Translations under genes and position numbers: made by a program
Origin: Pannonibacter sp.
GTDB lineage: Bacteria; Pseudomonadota; Alphaproteobacteria; Rhizobiales; Stappiaceae
Direction of reading: 5' to 3'
DNA: 64,000 nucleotides
Assembly (NCBI RefSeq): GCF_051860505.1
Contig: NZ_JBHYDX010000020.1
Span: 9,057-73,056, forward strand
In this document: piece by piece, positions 21,287-32,259 of the stretch
Numbering within the stretch: position 1 is the first letter of the stretch
How the letters are laid out: each line of letters starts with the position of its first letter
The notes under the pieces: model-generated
What the model was told of the DNA's origin: nothing
What the model saw: the letters and a program-made list of their open reading frames with translations, nothing else
The model's database searches: none

Positions 21287-22921
21287 TCAAGCGGTTTCGC
21301 GCAGGCGGAAGCGCTGGATCTTGCCGGTCTGGGTCTTGGGCAGGGCGTCGGTGAAGATGATCCGGCGCGGGTACTTGTAGGGTGCGATCACTGCCTTAAC
21401 GTGATCCTGCAGCCGCTTGACCGTTGCCGCATCCGGCTCGACCCCAGCGGCGAGGACCACATGCGCCTCGACGATCTGGCCACGCTCTTCGTCAGCGGCG
21501 CCAATGACACCGCATTCCAGCACGTCGTCATGCGACAGCAGCGCTGCCTCCACTTCCGGCCCGGCGATGTTGTAGCCGGCGGAGACGATCATGTCGTCGT
21601 TGCGGGCGGCGAAGTGGAAATAGCCGTCCTCATCCTGCCAGAAGGCATCGCCTGTGATGTTCCAGCCGTTCTGGACGTAGCCGGTCTGGCGATGGTCGCC
21701 GAGATAGCGGCAGCCGGTCGGCCCGCGCACTGCGAGACGGCCGACATCGCCCCGCTTCTGCTCGTTGCCGGCCTCATCGACGATTCGGGCCTCGTAGCCG
21801 GTGACCGGCTTGCCGGTGCAGGCTGGGTGGCTGTCGCCGAAGCGGTTGGAAATGAAGATGTGCAGCATCTCGGTCGCGCCGATGCCGTCCAGCATCGGCT
21901 TGCCCGTCTTGGCCATCCATTCCTCATAGACCGGCGCCGGCAGGGTCTCGCCGGCGGAGACGGCGGCGCGCAGGCTGGAGAGGTCAGCCCCCTCCTCCAT
22001 CGCCTTCAACATGACGCGGTAGGCGGTCGGCGCGGTGAAGCAGACGGTGGCGCGGTACTTCTGGATAATCTCGATCAGGTTCGGCGGCGAAGCGGTTTCC
22101 AGAAGGGCTGCGGCAGCACCGAAGCGCAGCGGGAAGACGGCAAGGCCACCGAGGCCGAAGGTGAAGGCGAGCGGCGGGGAGCCGACGAAAATGTCGTCCG
22201 GCGTCACGCCCAGCACTTCGCGTGCGTAGCCGTCGGCGATGATCAGGATGTCGCGGTGGAAATGCATGGTCGCCTTCGGCACGCCCGTGGTGCCGGAGGT
22301 GAAGCCCAGAAGTGCCACATCATCGCGGCCCGTCTTCACGGCCTCGAACCGGACCGGCTTGGACAGGGCGACCCGGTCAAGCTCGGCATCGTGGTTGGCG
22401 GTGCCATCGAAGCCGATGACCTTTTTCAGGTAATTGGATTCCTTGGCGCAGGCGACCAGTTCATCCATCAGCCGCGTGTCGCAGAGGGCGAGCGAGATTT
22501 CGGCCTTCTCGACGATCTTGGCCAGTTCGCCCGCGCGCAGCATCGGCATGGTGTTGACCACGACCGCGCCGGCCTTGGTGGCGGCAAGCCAGCAGGCGAC
22601 CATCGCCGGGTTGTTGGCCGAGCGGATCAGGATACGGTTGCCGGGCTTGACGCCATAGTCCTCGACCAGCGCATGGGCGATGCGGTTGGTCCAGTCGGTC
22701 AGTTCCTTGTAGGTGCGCTGACGGCCGTTGCCGATCAGAGCGACATGGTCGCCAAGCCCCTGCTCCACCAGCCGGTCGGTCAGCTCGACCCCGGCGTTGA
22801 TGAAATCCGGATAGTCGAAGCCATCGAGACGGATCTCTGGCCAAAGGTCAGCGGGCGGCAGGTTGTCCCGCGTGAACGTGTCGACATGGGCGCTGGGGCC
22901 CAGATTCAGGCTGGCGGTCAT
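21287..22921 (-). CDS. aromatic acid-CoA ligase (2-aminobenzoate/benzoate-CoA ligase family, AMP-forming)
   Basis: 544 aa. AMP-binding motif FTSGTTGVPKATMHFHRD, GYNIAGPEVE, C-terminal YKYPRRIIF..LPKTQTGKIQRFRLR. Confidence 0.8.
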   Translation of the reverse strand: MTASLNLGPSAHVDTFTRDNLPPADLWPEIRLDGFDYPDFINAGVELTDRLVEQGLGDHVALIGNGRQRTYKELTDWTNRIAHALVEDYGVKPGNRILIRSANNPAMVACWLAATKAGAVVVNTMPMLRAGELAKIVEKAEISLALCDTRLMDELVACAKESNYLKKVIGFDGTANHDAELDRVALSKPVRFEAVKTGRDDVALLGFTSGTTGVPKATMHFHRDILIIADGYAREVLGVTPDDIFVGSPPLAFTFGLGGLAVFPLRFGAAAALLETASPPNLIEIIQKYRATVCFTAPTAYRVMLKAMEEGADLSSLRAAVSAGETLPAPVYEEWMAKTGKPMLDGIGATEMLHIFISNRFGDSHPACTGKPVTGYEARIVDEAGNEQKRGDVGRLAVRGPTGCRYLGDHRQTGYVQNGWNITGDAFWQDEDGYFHFAARNDDMIVSAGYNIAGPEVEAALLSHDDVLECGVIGAADEERGQIVEAHVVLAAGVEPDAATVKRLQDHVKAVIAPYKYPRRIIFTDALPKTQTGKIQRFRLRETA

Positions 22922-23048
22922 TTTCTATCCCCTCGTTCTTCCATCCGCGTCGCGCGGTTGGCGGCCTTCCTGTTCCGGATGCGGGGTGACCCGTCTTTGC
23001 CGCCGGTAGTGTTGCTGAACCTTGTTGCGTGCGATCCGGCCCTTGGGC

Positions 23049-23501
23049 TCAGGCCGCCTCGTCCGGGACCACGGCGGTGGCCTCGATCTCCACCTTCGCC
23101 CGGTCCTCGACCAGGGCGACGACCTGCACCAGCGCCATTGCCGGGAAGTTCTTGCCAAGGTGACGGCGGTAGGCGGCGCCGATCTCGCGCAGGTTATCGA
23201 GATAGAGGCGCTTGTCGGTCACGTACCAGGTCATGCGCACGAGATGCTCCGGGCCGGCGCCCCCCTCGGCAAGGACTTCGACGATGTTCTTCAGGGTCTG
23301 GTCGACCTGCCCGACGAAATCGTCCGTCTCGAATTCCTGCTGGCCGTTCCAGCCGATCAGGCCGCCCAGGAACACCATCCGGCCACGGGCGGCGACGCCG
23401 TTGGCATAGCCTTTGGCCGGCTTCCAGGACTTCGGATTGAGGAACTCGTGCGGCGACTGGCCGCTGGTGGCTGAAGCGGCCATGGTCGTTGCATCGGTCA
23501 T
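23049..23501 (-). CDS. RidA/YjgF family enamine/imine deaminase
   Basis: YjgF-like core (GYANGVAARGRMVFLGGLIGWN...NLREIGAAYRRHLGKNFPAMALVQVVALVEDRAKVEIEATAVV). Start chosen at 23501 because it forms an ATGA overlap with the upstream stop. Confidence 0.75.
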   Translation of the reverse strand: MTDATTMAASATSGQSPHEFLNPKSWKPAKGYANGVAARGRMVFLGGLIGWNGQQEFETDDFVGQVDQTLKNIVEVLAEGGAGPEHLVRMTWYVTDKRLYLDNLREIGAAYRRHLGKNFPAMALVQVVALVEDRAKVEIEATAVVPDEAA

Positions 23502-23917
23502 TGGTCTTGTCCTTTCAGGCAATGGGCAGCCATCCGCTCGCGCAGGCGTGTCGGCCAGGCTTCGGGCCGGCCCTCGCGGCCAACCCAGACCAGGGTCAGG
23601 CGAACGGCGAGACGGGTGTCACCGTCCTTGGTGAGCTGGAGCGCGAAGTCGGCGCTGCTGGTTCCGATCCGGGTCAGGTCGAGGGTCCATGTCACCGTCT
23701 CGCCGAGCCGCGACGGCGTGCGGAAGTCGGCTTCGATGTGGACGGTCGGGACGGCATTGCCCTCCTCGAGGTGAATGCGGGAATAGGGATAGTCCAGCAC
23801 TTCGGCGAAGAACTGCTCGACCATCAGGTTGGTCATCTCGAAATAGCGCGGATAGAAGACGATCCCGGCGGCATCGCAGAGGCCAAAGGTGATGTCGAAG
23901 TGTCGCTGGTAGCTCAT
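23498..23917 (-). CDS. 4HBT/hotdog-fold acyl-CoA thioesterase
   Basis: 139 aa. N-terminal [14 protein letters not shown] motif typical of the YbgC/4HBT family. ATGA overlap with the upstream gene. Confidence 0.7.
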   Translation of the reverse strand: MSYQRHFDITFGLCDAAGIVFYPRYFEMTNLMVEQFFAEVLDYPYSRIHLEEGNAVPTVHIEADFRTPSRLGETVTWTLDLTRIGTSSADFALQLTKDGDTRLAVRLTLVWVGREGRPEAWPTRLRERMAAHCLKGQDQ

Positions 23918-25062
23918 GACACCTGCTCCGCGAGCGCCGCACGGGCGATGACGATCTTCTGCACGTCGCTGGCGCCCTCGTAGATCCGGAGAGCCCGGAT
24001 CTCGCGATAGAGGCTTTCGACCATGAAGCCCTTGCGCACGCCATCGCCGCCATGCAGCTGCAGCGCCGCATCGATGACCTTCTGCGCCGTCTCTGTGGCA
24101 TGGAGCTTCGCCATCGCGGCTTCGCGGCTGACGCGGGGGGCGCCCATGTCCTTGGTCCAGGCAGCACGGTAGATGAGGAGGGCCGAGGCATCGACGCCCA
24201 GGGCCATGTCGGCGATATGCCCCTGCACCATCTGCAGGTCGGCCAGCGGTGCGCCGAACAGCTCGCGCGTCGTGACCCGGCCCAGCGCCTCATCTAGGGC
24301 GCGGCGGGCAAAGCCGAGAGCCGCCGCACCGACCGTGGAGCGGAACACGTCCAGCACGGACATGGCGATCTTGAAGCCGTCGCCGGGTCGGCCGATTAGG
24401 GCGCTGCCCGGCAGTTCGATGTCGTTGAAGCGCAGATGGGCCAGCGGATGCGGGGCCATCACCTCGATCCGCTCGACGATCTCGAGCCCCTTGGCATCGG
24501 CCGGCACCAGGAAGGCAGACAGGCCCTTGGCGCCGGGAGCTTCGCCGGTGCGGGCGAAGACGACATAGACATCAGCAATGCCGCCGTTGGAAATGTAGGT
24601 CTTCTCGCCGGAGAGGATGTAGCCACCCTGCACCGCGCGGGCGGTGGAGCGGGTGTTGGCGACATCGGAGCCGGAGCCCGGCTCGGTCAGGGCAAAGCCT
24701 GAGATCGCCTCGCCCTTGCGGGTCTTGTCGAGCCAGGCGCGCTGCTCGGGCGTGCCGAACAGCGACACCGCGCCCATGCCGAGCCCCTGCATGGCAAAGG
24801 CAAAGTCGGCGAGGCCATCATGGCGGGCCAGCGTCTCGCGGATGAGGCACAGGCTGCGCACATCCAGCTTCTCGCCCTCGCCTGCGCCCGAGTGGGTCAG
24901 CCAGCCGGCCTGCCCGAGATCGGCCACCAGCTTGCGGCAGGCAGCGTCGGTGTCGCCGTGGTCGACGTGAAGATGATCCCGGCACCACGCATCGAGCCCT
25001 TCGGCCAGCTCGCGGTGGCGCGGCTCGAAGAATGGCCAGCCGAGAAAGGAGCGATCCGCCAT
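23914..25062 (-). CDS. acyl-CoA dehydrogenase
   Basis: ACAD motifs ([28 protein letters not shown]-terminal [16 protein letters not shown]). Start set at the ATG at 25062 ([13 protein letters not shown]). Confidence 0.85.
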   Translation of the reverse strand: MADRSFLGWPFFEPRHRELAEGLDAWCRDHLHVDHGDTDAACRKLVADLGQAGWLTHSGAGEGEKLDVRSLCLIRETLARHDGLADFAFAMQGLGMGAVSLFGTPEQRAWLDKTRKGEAISGFALTEPGSGSDVANTRSTARAVQGGYILSGEKTYISNGGIADVYVVFARTGEAPGAKGLSAFLVPADAKGLEIVERIEVMAPHPLAHLRFNDIELPGSALIGRPGDGFKIAMSVLDVFRSTVGAAALGFARRALDEALGRVTTRELFGAPLADLQMVQGHIADMALGVDASALLIYRAAWTKDMGAPRVSREAAMAKLHATETAQKVIDAALQLHGGDGVRKGFMVESLYREIRALRIYEGASDVQKIVIARAALAEQVS

Positions 25063-25063
25063 A

Positions 25064-25872
<809 letters not shown>

Positions 25873-25876
<4 letters not shown>

Positions 25877-26346
25877 TGGCTGTCCTTCCCCATCCGCTTC
25901 AGGATGTCTTTCAAGATGTCGAAATCGGCGTCGGTCAGGCGGGAGAACAGCATGTCCACCTCCCGCTCATGGTCGGCCGCAAGCTGTTCGAACTGGGCCA
26001 GGCCCGTGTCGGTCAGCGACACATGCACTGTGCGCCGGTCGGCTTCGCTCGGAACGCGGCGCACCAGTCCGTCCTTCTCGAGCCGATCGACGACGGTGGT
26101 GGCGTTGCCGTTGGAGACCAGCAGCATGCGCGAAAGCTCGCTCATGCTCATCGGCACACGGCGGCGGTAGAGCGCGGCCATGACGTCAAAGCGCGGCAGG
26201 GTCGTGTCATGCTCGACGCGCAGGAATTCGCGCAGATGCGCTTCGGCCGCCCGGGTCACCCCGAGCAGCCGGATCCATGTCTTCAGACGGCGCTTCGACA
26301 GGGAAACCTGCGGTTCGCTCACCGGTTGGTTCGGATCGGTCGTCAT
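25873..26346 (-). CDS. MarR family transcriptional regulator embedded in the operon
   Basis: The 157-aa product from the internal ATG at 26346 (MTTDPNQPV...) has a winged helix ([47 protein letters not shown]). ATGA overlaps at both ends. The remainder of the 306-aa track ORF is out-of-context Arg/Gly-rich sequence. Confidence 0.8.
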
Positions 26347-27095
26347 GCCTCGCCCCCCGAAATCGCCAAAGCCTGACCGTTGATGCCCTCCGATCCCGGC
26401 CCCGACAGATAGAGCGCCATGGCAGTGACCTCGTCCGGACGAACGAGACGCCCCTGCGGATTGGTCGCCGTCAAGGCGGCGAGCGCCTCGTCCCGGCTCT
26501 TGCCCGTCTTGTCCATGATGTTGGCAATGGAGCGCTCGGTCATTTCCGTGTCGAGGAAGCCGGGGCAGATGGCGTTGACCGTGATCGGCTTGCGCGCGAC
26601 TTCCAGCGCCAGAGCCTTCGTCAGGCCGACGACGCCATGCTTGGCCGCCACATAGGGGGCGACATAGGCATAGCCCTTGAGCCCCGCGGTGGAGGCGACC
26701 GAGATCAACCGACCCCAGCCACGCATCTGGTTGAGGCCGGCCCGGAAGGTGAGGAACACGCCGGTCAGGTTGACCGCCAGCATGGCGTTCCACTGCTCCA
26801 GCGACGTCCGACCAAGGGGCGCGCTTTCGGCGACGCCAGCATTGGCGATGACGATGTCGACGGGGCCGGCCGCAGCAAACAGTGCCGCGACGCTGGCCTC
26901 GTCGGTCACATCCGCAGAAATGGCGCGCACGCCGGGATAGAGCGCGGCGACGGCATCAAGCGGCTCCTGCCGCCGCCCGGCGATCACGACCTCGGCCCCC
27001 GCCGCGACAAAGCCGCGAGCAAGGTCGGCACCGGTTCCGGTTCCGCCTCCGGTGATGAGGACCCTGCGGCCCTGCTGCGCGCCAGCCGTTGTCAT
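26343..27095 (-). CDS. short-chain dehydrogenase/reductase (3-hydroxyacyl-CoA dehydrogenase-like)
   Basis: Start at 27095 ([24 protein letters not shown], a TGxxxGxG motif). Catalytic YVAAK motif. ATGA overlap with the upstream stop. Confidence 0.8.
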   Translation of the reverse strand: MTTAGAQQGRRVLITGGGTGTGADLARGFVAAGAEVVIAGRRQEPLDAVAALYPGVRAISADVTDEASVAALFAAAGPVDIVIANAGVAESAPLGRTSLEQWNAMLAVNLTGVFLTFRAGLNQMRGWGRLISVASTAGLKGYAYVAPYVAAKHGVVGLTKALALEVARKPITVNAICPGFLDTEMTERSIANIMDKTGKSRDEALAALTATNPQGRLVRPDEVTAMALYLSGPGSEGINGQALAISGGEA

Positions 27096-29377
27096 GCCCG
27101 GATCGTCTCCTGCTGCCGCTCGCGCAGGCGGAAGGCGAGATCGCGGCCACCCTTGTAGGGTGCGGGCCATTCGGATGCCGTATCGCCCTGTTCGACCGCA
27201 GCATGCAGCGTCCAGTAGGGATCGGCCAGATGGGCACGGGCGAGGCAGACAAGATCGGCTCGGCCGGCCATCAGGATGCCGTTGACCTGGTCCCAGTCGG
27301 AGATGTTGCCGACGGTCATGGTCGGGATGCCAGCCTCGTTGCGGATGCGATCCGAGAACGGGGTCTGGAACATGCGGCCATAGACCGGCTTTTCGCCCGG
27401 ATCGGTCTGGCCCGAGGACACGTCGATGATGTCGGCACCGGCGGCGCGGAACATGCGGGCGATTTCCACCGCATCTTCCGGCGTGACGCCATCCTCGCCC
27501 ATCCAGTCATGGGCCGAGATACGAACCGACATCGGCTTCTCGTCCGGCCAGACCTTGCGCATGGCGGCGAAGATCTCGAGCGGATAGCGCATACGGTTCT
27601 CAAGCGAGCCGCCGTACTCGTCCGTGCGGCGGTTGGTGACCGGTGAGATGAAGCTTGCCAGCAGGTAGCCGTGCGCCGCGTGCATTTCGATCATGTCGAC
27701 GCCGGCGCGGTTCGCCATCTGGGCGGCGGCGACGAACTGGTCACGCACCATGTCCATGTCCGTTCGGTCCATCGCCTTGGGCACCTGGTTGTGGGCCCGA
27801 TAAGGGATGGCGCTGGCACTCAGGATCGGCCAGTTGCCACTGTCCAGCGGTTGGTCGATGCCGTCCCAGGCGAGCTTGGTCGAGCCCTTGCGACCCGAGT
27901 GACCGATCTGGATGCAGAGCTTGGCACTCGTCTCGGCATGGACGAAGTCGGCCAGGCGCTTCCAGGCCGCCTCATGCTCGGGCGCATAGAGGCCAGGGCA
28001 GCCCGGGGTGATGCGGCCTTCCGGCGAGACGCAGGTCATCTCGGTGTAGATGAGCCCTGCCCCGCCCTTGGCCCGCTCGGCGTAATGCACGAGATGCCAG
28101 TCGGTCGGGCGGCCGTCGACCGCCTTGTACTGCGCCATCGGCGACAGCACGATGCGGTTCTTCAGGGTCATGTTGCGCAGCTTGAACGGCTGGAACATGG
28201 GGCGGCGGCCCTTCTGGCCACCGGCCTGTTCGGCAAACCAGTCCTCGGCCGAGGCAAGCCAGGCGGCATCGCGCAAGCGCAGGTTCTCGTGGCTGATGCG
28301 CTGCGAGCGGGTCAGCAGCGAATAGGCGAACTGGGTCGGCGGCATGTCGAGATAGCGCTCGACCTGCTCGAACCACTCCAGCGAATTGCGCGCCGCAGAC
28401 TGCAGGCGCAGCACCTCGATCCGGCGCTCGTCCTGGTAACGCTGGAACGCGGCTTCCATCGTCGGCTCGGAGTGCAGATAGGTTGCGAGCGCAATGGCGC
28501 TGTCAAAGGCAAGGCGCGAGCCCGAGCCGATGGAGAAGTGGCCGGTGGCGGCCGCATCGCCCATCAGGACGACATTCTCGTGGTACCACTTGTCACAGAT
28601 CACGCGGGGGAAGTTCATCCACACGGCCGAGCCACGCAGATGCGCCGCGTTGGACATGAGCTTGTGGCCGCCGAGGTGATCCGCGAACACCTTCTCGCAG
28701 GTCTCGATGGTCTCTTCCTTCGACATATGCTCGAAGCCGAACTTGTCCCAGGTCTCCTGGGTGCATTCGACGATCACGGTCGCGGTGTCGGCATCGAACT
28801 GATAGGCGTGAACCCACATCCAGCCGTGCTCGGTTTTCTCGAAGATGAAGGTGAAGGCGTCGTCGAATTTCTGGTGCGTACCGAGCCAGATGAACTTGCA
28901 CAGGCGCACATCGACATCCGGCTTGAACACCTCGGCATATTCGCGGCGCACCAGCGAATTGATGCCGTCGGTGGCAACCACCAGATCATAATCCTTGCGG
29001 TAGTCTTCGGCCGACTTGAACTCGGTCTCGAACTGCATGGTGATGCCGAGTTCGCGGGCGCGTTCCTGCAGCAGGATCAGCAGCTTCTTGCGGCCGATAC
29101 CGGCAAAGCCATGGCCGCCCGACACGGTGCGCACGCCATCATGGATGACGGCGATGTCGTCCCAGTAGGCGAAGTTGGAGCGGATCGCCTCGGTGCTCTT
29201 GGGATCGTTGAGCGCCATCTTGCCCAGCGCATCGTCGGAGAGCACGACACCCCAGCCGAACGTGTCGCTGGCGCGGTTGCGCTCCAGCACGGTGACGTCG
29301 TGGCTGGCGTCACGCAGCTTCATCGAGATCGCGAAATAGAGGCCAGCCGGCCCACCTCCCAAGCACAGGATCTTCAT
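27092..29377 (-). CDS. bifunctional FAD monooxygenase / Old-Yellow-Enzyme reductase (2-aminobenzoyl-CoA monooxygenase/reductase or salicylyl-CoA 5-hydroxylase type)
   Basis: 761 aa. The N-terminal FAD fold is [16 protein letters not shown]...[14 protein letters not shown]. The C-terminal OYE domain is [11 protein letters not shown]...[11 protein letters not shown]...[14 protein letters not shown]. Confidence 0.8.
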   Translation of the reverse strand: MKILCLGGGPAGLYFAISMKLRDASHDVTVLERNRASDTFGWGVVLSDDALGKMALNDPKSTEAIRSNFAYWDDIAVIHDGVRTVSGGHGFAGIGRKKLLILLQERARELGITMQFETEFKSAEDYRKDYDLVVATDGINSLVRREYAEVFKPDVDVRLCKFIWLGTHQKFDDAFTFIFEKTEHGWMWVHAYQFDADTATVIVECTQETWDKFGFEHMSKEETIETCEKVFADHLGGHKLMSNAAHLRGSAVWMNFPRVICDKWYHENVVLMGDAAATGHFSIGSGSRLAFDSAIALATYLHSEPTMEAAFQRYQDERRIEVLRLQSAARNSLEWFEQVERYLDMPPTQFAYSLLTRSQRISHENLRLRDAAWLASAEDWFAEQAGGQKGRRPMFQPFKLRNMTLKNRIVLSPMAQYKAVDGRPTDWHLVHYAERAKGGAGLIYTEMTCVSPEGRITPGCPGLYAPEHEAAWKRLADFVHAETSAKLCIQIGHSGRKGSTKLAWDGIDQPLDSGNWPILSASAIPYRAHNQVPKAMDRTDMDMVRDQFVAAAQMANRAGVDMIEMHAAHGYLLASFISPVTNRRTDEYGGSLENRMRYPLEIFAAMRKVWPDEKPMSVRISAHDWMGEDGVTPEDAVEIARMFRAAGADIIDVSSGQTDPGEKPVYGRMFQTPFSDRIRNEAGIPTMTVGNISDWDQVNGILMAGRADLVCLARAHLADPYWTLHAAVEQGDTASEWPAPYKGGRDLAFRLRERQQETIRA

Positions 29378-29434
29378 TGCCGCAGTCCCTTCCGGTTAAC
29401 GTGTTGAGCATGAGCCTGCCACCAGCCGGAAATT

Positions 29435-29450
29435 ATTTCAAGCTTGAAAT
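29435..29450. promoter_or_regulatory. perfect 16-bp palindrome ATTTCAAGCTTGAAAT (candidate operator)
   Basis: Lies about 58 bp upstream of the start codon of the monooxygenase/reductase operon. Its 12-bp core TTCAAGCTTGAA recurs at 29646. Confidence 0.45.
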
Positions 29451-29645
29451 ATCGGATTATGACAACTCGGCGCAGGTGCGGCTCTGGGAAAGTGATCAGG
29501 CCGCAACGGACCTTGGCACAGGCACCCTGAAGGCAGGGTTTGCCGGCGGTCTCGTTCGATCCTCCCCTAAAGCGTGCGCTTAGGCCGGCAGCACTGGGTC
29601 GACGTGCGCTCCCGGATCGGCTCGCCGTCCTCAAACCGCAAATAA

Positions 29646-29657
29646 TTCAAGCTTGAA
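29646..29657. promoter_or_regulatory. second copy of the palindrome core TTCAAGCTTGAA
   Basis: Exact 12-bp repeat of the core at 29437..29448. It lies about 105 bp upstream of the trpL ATG. Confidence 0.4.
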
Positions 29658-29762
29658 GCGACTGGTCCATTTTGCAACAGGGCCACGGGAAGTGATGCCG
29701 CGACAGGTCTTGCGGCCTTTCTTCCGTTGCCTGTGGCCCGTGGCTGCGCTAGGCAAACGGTC

Positions 29763-29810
29763 ATGAACACGCAGATGATCCTCAAGGGCTGGTGGTGGCG
29801 GGACGCATAA
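29763..29810 (+). CDS. trpL: trp operon leader peptide, 15 aa: MNTQMILKGWWWRDA
   Basis: A small ORF with three consecutive Trp codons (tgg tgg tgg). It is immediately followed by mutually exclusive hairpins and lies about 140 nt upstream of trpE(G). It is too short to appear in the ORF track. Confidence 0.7.
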   Translation: MNTQMILKGWWWRDA

Positions 29811-29858
29811 GAGCGGCCTTGCGATTTCTCATGTCCTGACGTGATCGAAGTTGACCCA

Positions 29859-29891
29859 AAGGCCGCCGCGGCAAGACCCGCAGGCGGCCTT
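29859..29891 (+). terminator. trp attenuator terminator hairpin (segments 3:4)
   Basis: AAGGCCGCC...GGCGGCCTT stem. Segment 2 (GCGGCCTT at about 29812..29820, just after the trpL stop) is identical to the 3' arm, so it can form the competing antiterminator with AAGGCCGC. The U-tail is weak (CGGTCTGTCT). Confidence 0.55.
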
Positions 29892-29950
29892 CGGTCTGTC
29901 TGGGGGCAGGCTCAAGGCCTGGAGCGGCGCCCAACGTGGAGGAAACCGGA

Positions 29951-32119
29951 ATGCCGGCATCGGCTCAGCAGATCTTCAAGACCGCAGGCGGGGTGACCAT
30001 CACCCGCAGCTCCCGTCCCTCCGACTATGCTTCCGGCACCTCCGACTGGATCGACCGGCTCGACGCCGAGCGCGGCGCCGTCCTCTCCTCCTCCTATGAA
30101 TACCCGGGCCGCTACACGCGCTGGGACATGGCGCTGGTCAATCCGCCGCTGGTGCTGGAAGCCGCCGACCGCAATGTCTCGATCCGGGCGCTCAACGGGC
30201 GTGGCCGCATCCTGATGCCGGTGGTCACACGCGTCCTCAAGGCCCACGCGGATGTCGCCTCTCTCACGGAAAGCGACGGCCGCATCGATCTCGTCGTCAA
30301 GACCCCGGACGGGCCGTTCCGCGAGGAAGACCGCTCGCGCCAGCCGTCCACCTTCTCGGTCGTGCGCGCCCTGAAGGAGCTGTTTGCCTGCGACGATGAC
30401 CAGCTCGGCCTTTACGGTGCCTTCGGCTACGACCTTGCCTTCCAGTTCGAGCCGATCGAGCTGAAGCTGAAACGTCCGGACGACCAGCGCGACGTCATCC
30501 TGTTCCTGCCCGACGAGATCCTGATCGTCGACCACCACGCCAAGCGCGCCTATGTGCTGGAGTATGACTTCGAGGTCGACGGCCAGACGACCCGCGGCCT
30601 GCCGCGCGACGGCGAGAAGCAGCATTACCAGCCGGCCAACGAGGATCCGGGCCGCGGCGACCATGAGCCGGGCGAATATGCCAGGATCGTCGACCGGGCG
30701 AAGGAGTACTTCAAGCGCGGGGACCTGTTCGAGACCGTGCCGGGCCAGACCTTCTACGAGCCCTGCGCCAACCCGCCGTCGGCCGTCTCGCGCCGGCTGC
30801 AGCAGATCAACCCGTCGCCCTATTCCTTCTTCTTCAATCTCGGCAACCGGGAATATCTCGTTGGCGCATCACCGGAAATGTATGTCCGCGTGACCGGCGG
30901 CCGGCGTGTCGAGACCTGCCCGATCTCCGGCACCATCCGGCGCGGCAAGAACGCCATCGAGGACGAGGCGCAGATCCGCAAGCTCCTGAACTCGGCCAAG
31001 GACGAGGCCGAGCTGACGATGTGCTCGGACGTCGACCGCAACGACAAGAGCCGCGTCTGCGTGCCGGGCTCGGTCAAGGTGATCGGCCGCCGCCAGATCG
31101 AGATGTACTCCCGCCTCATCCACACCGTGGACCACATCGAGGGCATCCTGCGCGAGGATATGGACGCGCTCGACGCCTTCCTGTCGCATGCCTGGGCGGT
31201 CACGGTGACCGGCGCGCCGAAGCGATGGGCGATGGAGTTCATCGAGGCCAACGAGAAGAGCCCGCGCGCCTGGTATGGCGGGGCCATCGGCGCGGTGCTG
31301 TTCAACGGCGACATGAACACCGGCCTGACGCTGCGCACCGTGCGCATCAAGGATGGTGTCGCCCAGATCCGCGCCGGCGCGACACTGCTCTATGACAGCG
31401 TGCCGGAAGAGGAAGAGGCTGAGACCGAACTGAAGGCTGAGGCGATGCGCGCGGCCGTGCGCGAGGCCGGGCTTGCCGTCAAGGCGGCTGAGACGGTGAA
31501 GGCTGCAAAGCCCGGCAAGGGGCTGAAGATCCTGCTCGTCGACCACGAGGACAGCTTCGTCCACACGCTGGCCAACTACTTCCGCCAGACCGGGGCCGAT
31601 GTCGTCACCTACCGCACACCGGTGGCCGACCACGTTTTCCACGACGTCAATCCGGATCTGGTCGTGCTGTCGCCGGGACCGGGCAGCCCGAAGGACTTCG
31701 ATTGCGCGGCCACCATCGGCAGGGCGCGGGCACGGGCGCTGCCGATTTTCGGTGTCTGCCTCGGGCTGCAGGCGCTGGCCGAGGGGCTGGGCGGGGAACT
31801 GGGCCAGCTCGACGTGCCGATGCACGGCAAGCCGTCGCCGATCTCGATCCTCGGCAACTCGCTGCTGTTCGAGGGGCTGACGTCGCCGGTCATCGTCGGC
31901 CGCTACCACTCGCTCTATGCGAGGAAGGACAAGCTGCCGAAGGAGTTCCGCATCACGGCGGAAACCGAGGATGGCGTCATCATGGCGATCGAGCACGAGC
32001 TGGAACCGATTGCTGCCGTGCAGTTCCATCCCGAGAGCATCATGTCACTCGATCAGGATGGCGGCCACAAGATCATCGAGAACGTGGTCACGCGGCTGGT
32101 GAAGGCGCGGAGTACCTGA
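29951..32119 (+). CDS. trpE: anthranilate synthase, fused component I-component II TrpE(G)
   Basis: Start at the ATG at 29951 with a GGAGGAAA RBS; the track start at 29936 is GTG. Motifs seen: rhizobial TrpE(G)-type N-terminus ([24 protein letters not shown]), chorismate-binding core ([18 protein letters not shown]), and a C-terminal GATase with FGVCLGLQ and the catalytic HPES. Confidence 0.9.
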   Translation: MPASAQQIFKTAGGVTITRSSRPSDYASGTSDWIDRLDAERGAVLSSSYEYPGRYTRWDMALVNPPLVLEAADRNVSIRALNGRGRILMPVVTRVLKAHADVASLTESDGRIDLVVKTPDGPFREEDRSRQPSTFSVVRALKELFACDDDQLGLYGAFGYDLAFQFEPIELKLKRPDDQRDVILFLPDEILIVDHHAKRAYVLEYDFEVDGQTTRGLPRDGEKQHYQPANEDPGRGDHEPGEYARIVDRAKEYFKRGDLFETVPGQTFYEPCANPPSAVSRRLQQINPSPYSFFFNLGNREYLVGASPEMYVRVTGGRRVETCPISGTIRRGKNAIEDEAQIRKLLNSAKDEAELTMCSDVDRNDKSRVCVPGSVKVIGRRQIEMYSRLIHTVDHIEGILREDMDALDAFLSHAWAVTVTGAPKRWAMEFIEANEKSPRAWYGGAIGAVLFNGDMNTGLTLRTVRIKDGVAQIRAGATLLYDSVPEEEEAETELKAEAMRAAVREAGLAVKAAETVKAAKPGKGLKILLVDHEDSFVHTLANYFRQTGADVVTYRTPVADHVFHDVNPDLVVLSPGPGSPKDFDCAATIGRARARALPIFGVCLGLQALAEGLGGELGQLDVPMHGKPSPISILGNSLLFEGLTSPVIVGRYHSLYARKDKLPKEFRITAETEDGVIMAIEHELEPIAAVQFHPESIMSLDQDGGHKIIENVVTRLVKARST

Positions 32120-32201
32120 TGCCTGATGTCAAGTCAGGTATGCCTCCCTTCCGTTATGGCCGGGCTTGTCCTGACCATCTGCAAGTCATTGACTTGTATA
32201 G

Positions 32202-32224
32202 ATCCTCGGCACAAGGCCGAGGAT
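32202..32224. terminator. hairpin between convergent trpE(G) and the hydrolase gene
   Basis: ATCCTCGGC-ACAA-GCCGAGGAT stem-loop. A second hairpin (CCTGATGTCAAGTCAGG) lies about 32121..32138. Both resemble short rhizobial intergenic repeat units. Confidence 0.4.
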
Positions 32225-32259
32225 GACGGTGGAGCGCTGAGGGCTGTTGAACCGAAACG

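Noticed and set aside
21008-23440. 810-aa + strand ORF. Similar long ORFs occur at 719..2044, 10113..11648, 18323..19945, 19976..21061, 27671..29407, 30869..32029, 41777..43093, 43097..44662, 45183..46259, 49520..50935, 58116..59411 and 59591..61345.
   Set aside because: All lie antisense to genes with clear family signatures. Their products are Arg/Gly/Ala/Pro-rich low-complexity strings with no motifs. Long stop-free antisense frames are expected at this GC content.
29567-29785. 72-aa minus-strand ORF and 68-aa + ORF (29377..29583) in the abm/trpL intergenic region.
   Set aside because: No RBS and an odd composition. They overlap the regulatory palindromes and the trpL promoter region, so they are more likely non-coding.
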